A stretch of 64,000 nt of DNA, taken from Candidatus Hydrogenedentota bacterium. GTDB lineage: Bacteria > Hydrogenedentota > Hydrogenedentia > Hydrogenedentales > SLHB01. The DNA lies in NCBI GenBank assembly GCA_963674865.2, contig CAXXYE010000009.1:1056001-1120000 (forward strand), read 5' to 3'. The notes beneath the pieces are model-generated. The model was not told the origin of the DNA. It made no database searches and saw only the letters and a list, made by a program, of their open reading frames with translations. This document shows positions 59,101-64,000 of the stretch, piece by piece (the first letter of the stretch is position 1; each line of letters starts with the position of its first letter). The position numbers and the translations under genes are program-made.

Positions 59101-59304
59101 CTGGATCTGTTGTTTACAGAGGTAACAGGGCGATTCACGCGGATGGCGAACCTCACCGCCACGCGCTCCGATAACTTTGAGATCATCGTCACGGCCCAGA
59201 GCGGCTATGGCGTCGACCGCGACGGCGACGGGAAGATCAACTACCGCCGGGACGAATTCGAGGTGACTGCCGAGAAGAAGACGCGCACCGTCTACGAACG
59301 ATAA
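53122..59304 (+). CDS. Giant (2060 aa) GspK/PilX-like tip pilin with Asp-rich repeats, split lamin-tail-like domain and beta-sandwich insertions
   Basis: TG/AALVIVVAILAIL (no E5). GspK core motifs DEAGKVNLN, ITVHSSD, GRININT, TRSDNFEII. Several DGIDNDxDGxxDE repeats, and IRINEVM...EWLELVN. Confidence 0.82.
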   Translation: MTGRTGNTGAALVIVVAILAILFAIGLAFFAISGMQVKMATNAANATRAELLADGARAIAIAFLNQDLAAHTTYTSLDHAWRTYFNGAWAYDKPWMHASLDSTRLRLEAGGIPEVNFTNIFDPPGATPRERTLLRNFEDLLYVPRGQDTGLLGFDPYDESPADFYDALAVFTQFSGFVIDPVRYANLHSGAPPLIPAERVDQWADVDSDDDGYKDAVWFPMQADVYFDDDGIDNDLDGVIDEPGETAVFVYWGGNDDIDNDGDGLVDEDDEEKLFLTSPLVDVYGDPIPSFNVKINTFDFQAFTGISLVGGLKTIDQSSDPEVVDRIDNDWDLFINEHEERFYTEDDPVPVGEADRLKDANLGLYLIAPEYYSGLGDVTFYASGEPVCELVGRAAVLIVDEAGKVNLNAAGGHTLDETTGDVLTGAIARTGATAYPEDPWTYLALGSLAAAAAGYAAYDVAYAGTYATSGPPVGTALGDYETRFLPDIGHVRAARAWQLRMGAPDGKSYQFNAAATVPYDANEFEGDVRFPGYAGVDDNGNALWLAFNGVDDDGDAYYYEHDGIDNDLNGETDEPGEGALVGVDEGFVPYDYDGDGDVEYAMLEGIDEPAEFQRYRPYRDIVAETDLVDNDGDTPETIDEIGELGDRVLKTRQQVKLVNEIAGERYNDLKNVITVHSSDKNVRRRLSDQAVTGLKLDYNYASAEDIDRMLVEDWGYNFNPLATTDLLGRSVANGPSVGVKNYFAGLRLGAADRLIPAYSNGIMNGVYESQNHDVRIAADPRLQAAQLAANTRDAADRDYARSEVTARVEPDPWWKQYQENFSADTDERAITYTAAGLEAIRINEVMVRPVRRVEAEATTESDGLGYDEDLDPTPPGTNAEVDLKEFFVSRGTLQDGDEVEQEAYALGTTGWAAYGSVIGDEAGWATSVAYLDGDDGTGGVPADVIQFRFKASSGLKAGRYYLLMNTAGPDGEPTVTASGQFQYAIKYYDPTGASATADDDTILDDIAAGDPVVWNDIRDDFLPMDSVEYRFAKDGDDNATGCVFLPSPGYRNPDHINALPGYELDEGHTVLVPGDPLELVIAIRKATADGDPLAINFFDFSQEPDHEWLELVNTSNESVPLDNWELVVGYSPDDPNAAIMRVPEDTTIAPFGMLLLGLNKYDDFRNNELYYPNNTPFPVHESDSLIYNNGIGLARGKVPLKAQGSASLPYRTDWYSEVSQPRIGVTPNVFRPGVRWPDFEDDGVISSYDQFFASLTESEQQTKAWDRIVELEVDAPDDFADITSLDDLAEVLFRGGVFPNYPEHDEYDNDGDRYILERDSVDNNLDDGDEVDEEGEGIDEGRHAESDHVPGSFGDDELAYRADFDLDGTTDTFSPGYLDLSNDPPEWKEFVERRWYPGDCVIVTLYQGPAVQGRIVDRITYTEHDVVNRTIDDDAKCVYPDAAKLNTTYVTFWPENSMALDFYKALERKHPFYPGDRFGFENRWQATDGNYDDWARTERVGPDGDVIDEPTPLEENIFARTLESEFSDANPELAWLVNTGRAKIRNRPYTSPGDLLRMPHLILKKRYRWSSGFDGVFILGSDLVDEDLKKYMLGWAQGRALRALITGMAVEPVMLTCAQADVTPTPPYIETVWDRDNNRLPIAWSPILLYELDGDRTVSEADFPYQLRYLLETPDDLPATLAGATGVNPRWPLERRAVMYVSRNSTTTGATGLDVISESESVFTWDGEDGLEDGEYDVYVVMTPPLDSFRGRVILHPDGEELFDTLPSALQEDTQGLVVDIECYSNRDGDGRRSAADAADSFGSLQAVSPDADGVIHYGIVRVQDNYLALRLTNRAAEGLLNRFSYVILAPQGRTPGRININTTETRVVNVGGIDSCFNTLYGMPGMLEPADIEAMIDDTGNPFETLDMALPDASFLTDDMGKYDVYPELGFFFRAYDLETRRPGPEINSTTGVEEHLDGRYYTGLGDLVVDPRLFEAVLEYQYPIGRASVADLDLLFTEVTGRFTRMANLTATRSDNFEIIVTAQSGYGVDRDGDGKINYRRDEFEVTAEKKTRTVYER

Positions 59305-59419
59305 ATATACGAACAATGCGCTCGGTTTTGGGCGGAAATCATCCTGTTTTCGCCGGAAATCATTCATAACTAGACTGAATGAGCCCGAAATCGAAGCCTT
59401 TTCGCAGGAGTTTGGCGCC

Positions 59420-62400
59420 ATGAATCAGCGTATGTGCATCGCCGCCGTCCTCACCCTCATGCTCACTTGGGCTGCCTTGCCCGCCTTCCCGCAGTCCGAA
59501 GTCGTTCTGACGCAAGAACCTGGCAACTTCGCCGGATACGATACGGTGGAGAGCATGGCGGACGTCCGCGCCCTCCTCACCGACGGCGTGAATCTTCGCA
59601 TTATTGTCGACGCCGGGCCGGAGGAGGGGGGGCTCTGGTCGGATGGGTATTTGAGCATCCCCAGCAACAGCGACGTCACCGTTGAAGCGAATGTGCTGCT
59701 GGCGCCCTATGAAGTCGGTTTCGACGCCGGTGATGTGAACACCAACGTTATCGAGGTTGCCACGGGCGCCACGGCGTCCATCGAAGGACTTGCCTTAACC
59801 GGCGGCCGGGCCGGTATCAGCGCCGGTGGGACCGCCTCCACGGTTGACGTCGAGCGATGTTACATCCGAGACAACGCCGACGTTGGCATCCAGGTTGCCG
59901 ACACGTCCACGGCACACATCGCGAATTGCAGCATCGTAGATAACGGCGCCGACGGCATCACGGTGGCGAGCAGCGCCTCACTGGGCGCCGAGATCCTATT
60001 CTGCACCATCCTCGACAACCTCGGGGACGGCGTCGATGTCCTGGCCGGGGCCAAGGCTTCGATGTGGAACTGCATCCTGGCCGGTAATGGAGGATGGGGC
60101 GCGAATGCTACGGCGGATGATATCGATCCATTTGATCTCTGTGATTTCTCCAACAACACGGGCGGCGAGCACCCCGGCTCGCTCAGCCCGAGCACCAAGA
60201 AGACTTTCGACCCTGTTTGGGCGACCGCCCCGGTGTGGAAAGGCCAATTGGACACAGGCAATACGGACAATCAAACCAACCTAAGAAACCAGGGCACTCT
60301 CGTTCCGGAAGACGACGTGCCCGTACTCGATTTCGAGGGCGAGCCGCGTCCGATGGGCGGGTCCTGCGACATTGGAGCGGATGAGTTCACGGAAGGCGGC
60401 TCGCCGAACGATTGGTTTTACTGCGAAATCCAGCCGAGCCCTATCGGAGGCGATTACCTTGAGGCGGGGCTGCTCCGCATCACCCTCGGCATCAACTTGT
60501 CCGATTTGGAATTCCACGCCTACGACGGCTCCTATGGGAGTGGCGAGGACCGGGTCCTTCTGGTTCCGCAGCACGTTCGAGAGATGATTGACGAAGGCGA
60601 GGTGGATCTGTACGCGGCAGACATCGGTGATTACGCCATTCCCATCAACATGACGGACGGCTCGGGCGCGCTATGGCTTGGGACGAACGCCAACAGAATC
60701 GAGACACGAAACGCGTATGGGACTGTTAATGACGGCGTTGCCTGGATTTACATCATTGAAAACGGTACCTCGTCATTGGCCGCCCAAGGCCAGGCCGTGT
60801 CCGGCCGCAAAGTGATTATCGACACCGTCGGGCCTCAAATCGATTTCAGCGAGACCACGCCGATTCAGGGGTACGGAGCGGATTGGTTCGTCACGGGCAG
60901 CAATGATGTAACCGCGGCGACGGATTACGGCGTTTCCGGCCAGCATGACTTCCCTGAATTGCCGAGCGACTATCTGCCCAAGACCGCTGCCGTTCCCTAC
61001 GGCACCGATGGCCGGATAAAGGAGGGCGTCGTCGGCGAGCCGGGGGCGTGTGCTTTCTTCAATGTCGGGTCGGAGTCGAATGGCTATGCGGCTACGCCGC
61101 TCCAGTCGCTTCAGATTCGCGTCAGGTTCTACGATGCTCCCCCGCCCAGCACGGAAGAAGAAGACACGGACGACATCGTGCCTTCGGGCTTTGACTCCGA
61201 TTTCGACGGCTATGATAAGTCCGGCGACGTGGAGACTTACGTGACGGGCGACGGCTCCATCGATCTGCCCGCCACCTGGATTATCACCGAAGGGGCGGAC
61301 TATATCGAATCCACCGACGATGTGTCGGTTACCTACGAACTCAGCGATGGCGACGAGTCTCTTGAAGCCAACTGGACCTTCACGGAGTTCCCCGCCGAAC
61401 GCGCCGCCAATAACGACTTCCACATCGCCGTGAAGTTCCGCGCCAGGGACGCGGCGGGCAACATCACCGAGAAAGAAGAGCTCCTCGATCCGCTTCACCT
61501 ATGGTGGCTCATCAGTGCCGATACGCAGCTTTCGCCGCACTGGGACAGCAAGGTCGAGCGCCCTTACTTCTCCTGGTCTTTGCGGCGCAATGATGTGCCG
61601 GCCGGCGCCGGGGAGGATTGCCAGCCGCGCTTCACCTACCGCCTCTGGGAGGGCCAGGCCGACGACAAGGACGGGCTCTACACCCCCATCGACGCCACAG
61701 GCTGGTCGGGCTGGGGCACCGCAACCACGTTGTCCTATACCTCCCTTGTCAACGAGTTGGAATCCTATGGGGATTTCGAAGACTACACCAACAAGTGGCT
61801 GTTCATTGCCGTGGTGGGCGCCGACGAGGCGGGGAATGTGGAGCCTTGGCCCAGTTCCCTCAATGGCTCGTTTACCTTCTCCAGCTATGCCGCCTATCTT
61901 CAGAATCGTCGGAACTGGCAACGCTTCTATATTACCTCCGTGAGCGGACTCGATACAGGGATTTCGGCTACCTTCTGGCATAACAACAGGCCCTATGACG
62001 ACGATGCCGATGATCGCGGGGAGGCCTCCTTTGGCAATGCGTCGGTCCTTCCCTATCCCGCCGACTCCAATCTTCAGCATCTCGATGGCCGTATCGAGAT
62101 ACAGCCCAAAATCAGTCAGGATCTGCTCGATCAGTACGGGTCGGACGAGATCACGGTCTATTGGCAGTTGTACGAAGGCAATGTCCTGGATCCGAGAACG
62201 CCCCCGGCCAACGACCAGCCACTGTCCCTTACCTCCCCAACGGCTCTGACGGTGTTCTTACGCGACCTCGGAGATCCGGACGAGCCTGTCAGCTATGTTC
62301 TTAGCGCCTGGGCAAGACTCGAGCTAGGCGGCGGCACCTATATCCTCGATGAAACGCCGGCCAACTTGCATTTCACGGTTGTGCCGAACAGCGTGAGCGA

Positions 62401-62461
62401 TTATGTTGAGCCGAAAGACGCCACGGACGACCAGCCGATCAAAGCAGTTGGCCTGGAGTAG
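59420..62461 (+). CDS. Secreted acidic protein with right-handed parallel beta-helix and Ig-like domains
   Basis: Signal peptide, PbH-type repeats (IRDNADVGI, IVDNGADGI, ILDNLGDGV), DFEGEPRP...CDIGADEF cap, Ig-like ARDAAGN and GADEAGNVE. Confidence 0.8.
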   Translation: MNQRMCIAAVLTLMLTWAALPAFPQSEVVLTQEPGNFAGYDTVESMADVRALLTDGVNLRIIVDAGPEEGGLWSDGYLSIPSNSDVTVEANVLLAPYEVGFDAGDVNTNVIEVATGATASIEGLALTGGRAGISAGGTASTVDVERCYIRDNADVGIQVADTSTAHIANCSIVDNGADGITVASSASLGAEILFCTILDNLGDGVDVLAGAKASMWNCILAGNGGWGANATADDIDPFDLCDFSNNTGGEHPGSLSPSTKKTFDPVWATAPVWKGQLDTGNTDNQTNLRNQGTLVPEDDVPVLDFEGEPRPMGGSCDIGADEFTEGGSPNDWFYCEIQPSPIGGDYLEAGLLRITLGINLSDLEFHAYDGSYGSGEDRVLLVPQHVREMIDEGEVDLYAADIGDYAIPINMTDGSGALWLGTNANRIETRNAYGTVNDGVAWIYIIENGTSSLAAQGQAVSGRKVIIDTVGPQIDFSETTPIQGYGADWFVTGSNDVTAATDYGVSGQHDFPELPSDYLPKTAAVPYGTDGRIKEGVVGEPGACAFFNVGSESNGYAATPLQSLQIRVRFYDAPPPSTEEEDTDDIVPSGFDSDFDGYDKSGDVETYVTGDGSIDLPATWIITEGADYIESTDDVSVTYELSDGDESLEANWTFTEFPAERAANNDFHIAVKFRARDAAGNITEKEELLDPLHLWWLISADTQLSPHWDSKVERPYFSWSLRRNDVPAGAGEDCQPRFTYRLWEGQADDKDGLYTPIDATGWSGWGTATTLSYTSLVNELESYGDFEDYTNKWLFIAVVGADEAGNVEPWPSSLNGSFTFSSYAAYLQNRRNWQRFYITSVSGLDTGISATFWHNNRPYDDDADDRGEASFGNASVLPYPADSNLQHLDGRIEIQPKISQDLLDQYGSDEITVYWQLYEGNVLDPRTPPANDQPLSLTSPTALTVFLRDLGDPDEPVSYVLSAWARLELGGGTYILDETPANLHFTVVPNSVSDYVEPKDATDDQPIKAVGLE

Positions 62462-62563
62462 CGGGCCTGACAGGTCTCTGGCAGGCTTGAAAGACCGCCA
62501 TGTCCCTGCTTACCATGGCTGGGATAGGTAGTTGCCATTTCGCTACTTGGGGGACGGCGGCTG

Positions 62564-63976
62564 ATGCACAGCACAATGGCCAGGCTTCTGACGGCGACTG
62601 GACGGCGGAGCGCGCTGCCGGCACTCCTGTTGTGCGCCCTCCTGGCGGCCGGGTGCGGGGAGGAAGCATCGCTCCCCACCGGCGAGCTGCTTATTGAGAC
62701 CGAACCGGTGACAGGTGCGAAGGTTGTCATCAACGGCGTCGAGTACGGTGAGACCCCCACCACCTTGGCCGGCCTTCCCGCGGGCCCTATCCTCGTCTAT
62801 TTCCTTCTTGAAGGTTACCATGGCAAGTCTGTCATCCTGGACATGCCCTCCGAGGGTCAGGAGAGCTGCCTCGTAACGCTTGATCCTCTTGTGGGATACC
62901 TTAGTCTGGACTCGACGCCGGAAGGGGCTGCGGTGTTCGTCAATGGCAAGGCGGTTGGCGTAACGCCGCTCAAACAGGAGCCGGTGCCGGTGGGGCAGGT
63001 GACGTATGAGCTTCGCCTGGCCAATCACGATTCCCTCAGCCGTGAGGTCACGGTAAAAGCTGATTACCGGTATCGCTACGCCCACGAACTCAAGCCTAAG
63101 AGTGGGCAATTGGTTATCTTCTCGCGCCCAAGCGGGGCGAAAATCTGGCTGAACAACGATTTCCAGGCCAAGACCACGCCGGCCACGTTTGACCTTGTCC
63201 CTGGCGTGTATACCGTGACGCTCTATCGGGATGGCTACATCACGGCGGAATCCACCATCGAGATTTCTCCGAATGCTCGCGAAACCATCGACGCCAAACT
63301 GAAGGAAGGAGATGTGCCCTTTGGCATGATCCTTGTCCCCGGAGGCGAGTTCATCTGCGGGGTGAACAACGCGGCCTCTGACGAGCGGCCGCAGCGGAAG
63401 ATCCGTCTTCCCGCCTTCTATGTCGACAAGTATGAAGTTACCAATGCGGAGTTCAAGGCGATCTTCCCTTCTCATGAGTTCGACGCTGTCCGCGCACATT
63501 TTCCCGTGGCCGGCATCTCCTTCAAACAGGCCGAGGCTTACGCCGAGGCCGTAGGCAAGCGGCTGCCAACGGAACTCGAGTGGGAAAAGGCCGCCCGTGG
63601 TGTTGACGGCCGCGATTACCCGTGGGGCAACGACTTCTACAAAGAACGCTGCAACGGGAAGACCATGGTTGGGGGCGGGGTCAAGGAGGTCGGGCAGTAT
63701 CCGTTGGGGGCCTCTCCCTATGGTTGTCTTGACATGGCCGGCAACGTGTACGAATGGACATCGAGCTGGTACGAGGCCTATCCGGGCAACAAAGCCATCA
63801 CCCAAGAGTACGGGCAGATCTTCAAGGTGCTCCGGGGCGGATCCTATTTCTCCAACCGTTTTGACTTGCGCTGCGCACGAAGGCATTATGATAGAATGGA
63901 TGCGGTTCGGGCCGACTATGGTTTCCGTTGTGTGAGGGACGTTGAACCTGGGTCGGATGCTGTCCGAGCGGAATAG
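62564..63976 (+). CDS. Lipoprotein with three PEGA domains and an FGE-sulfatase (SUMF1-like) domain
   Basis: Lipobox LAAG/C. PEGA motifs TEPVTGAKVVING...TP, STPEGAAVFVNG, SRPSGAKIWLN. FGE motifs YEVTNAEF, RLPTELEWEKAARG, DMAGNVYEW, RGGS, GFRC. Start may instead be 62576. Confidence 0.9.
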   Translation: MHSTMARLLTATGRRSALPALLLCALLAAGCGEEASLPTGELLIETEPVTGAKVVINGVEYGETPTTLAGLPAGPILVYFLLEGYHGKSVILDMPSEGQESCLVTLDPLVGYLSLDSTPEGAAVFVNGKAVGVTPLKQEPVPVGQVTYELRLANHDSLSREVTVKADYRYRYAHELKPKSGQLVIFSRPSGAKIWLNNDFQAKTTPATFDLVPGVYTVTLYRDGYITAESTIEISPNARETIDAKLKEGDVPFGMILVPGGEFICGVNNAASDERPQRKIRLPAFYVDKYEVTNAEFKAIFPSHEFDAVRAHFPVAGISFKQAEAYAEAVGKRLPTELEWEKAARGVDGRDYPWGNDFYKERCNGKTMVGGGVKEVGQYPLGASPYGCLDMAGNVYEWTSSWYEAYPGNKAITQEYGQIFKVLRGGSYFSNRFDLRCARRHYDRMDAVRADYGFRCVRDVEPGSDAVRAE

Positions 63977-64000
63977 ACGCCGAGGGAGGGGGCACTCCAT

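Noticed and set aside
43621..59318. Shared 9-mer CGAACAATG upstream of pilB (43621) and of the beta-helix gene (59310)
   Set aside because: A single 9-mer match between regions of this size is plausible by chance.
63820..63940. FGE C-terminus as a possible diversity-generating retroelement variable region
   Set aside because: No template repeat or reverse transcriptase was seen in the window. It cannot be excluded beyond the right edge.

Overview
GC-rich bacterial window (roughly 60-65% GC by eye). (EG)n linkers, CFI-box C-termini and a pilB-pilT-pilB-pilC block tentatively suggest Candidatus Hydrogenedentes or a related PVC-like lineage; this is inference only. Positions 1-22.4 kb are housekeeping and carbohydrate genes: a 5'-truncated ECF sigma with its anti-sigma, a repeat-bearing membrane protein, rpsA, ilvB, a DeoR-regulated sugar(-phosphate) operon, malic enzyme, and a minus-strand run of AP-superfamily phosphodiesterase, degenerate APS-kinase-like protein, GT4, GH78 rhamnosidase and amidohydrolase. 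Positions 22.97-63.98 kb hold 24 co-oriented genes. They comprise two large secreted CFI-box proteins, a gspC-M type II secretion operon, a second type-IV-filament system, a beta-helix secreted protein and a PEGA/FGE-like lipoprotein. The second filament system has two PilB/GspE ATPases flanking PilT, then PilC, a GspG-like pilin and H/I/J-like minor pilins, and ends in a 2060-aa giant GspK-like protein. The strongest novelty candidates are this PilT-equipped pseudopilus with its giant GspK, and a matrixin that appears to be a polyprotein with an internal signal peptide and a TIMP/NTR-like domain. A Gram-positive-type LexA-like box also lies in the promoter of the cluster. No rRNA, tRNA, CRISPR array or mobile element was recognised. 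All calls come from reading motifs; no searches were run.
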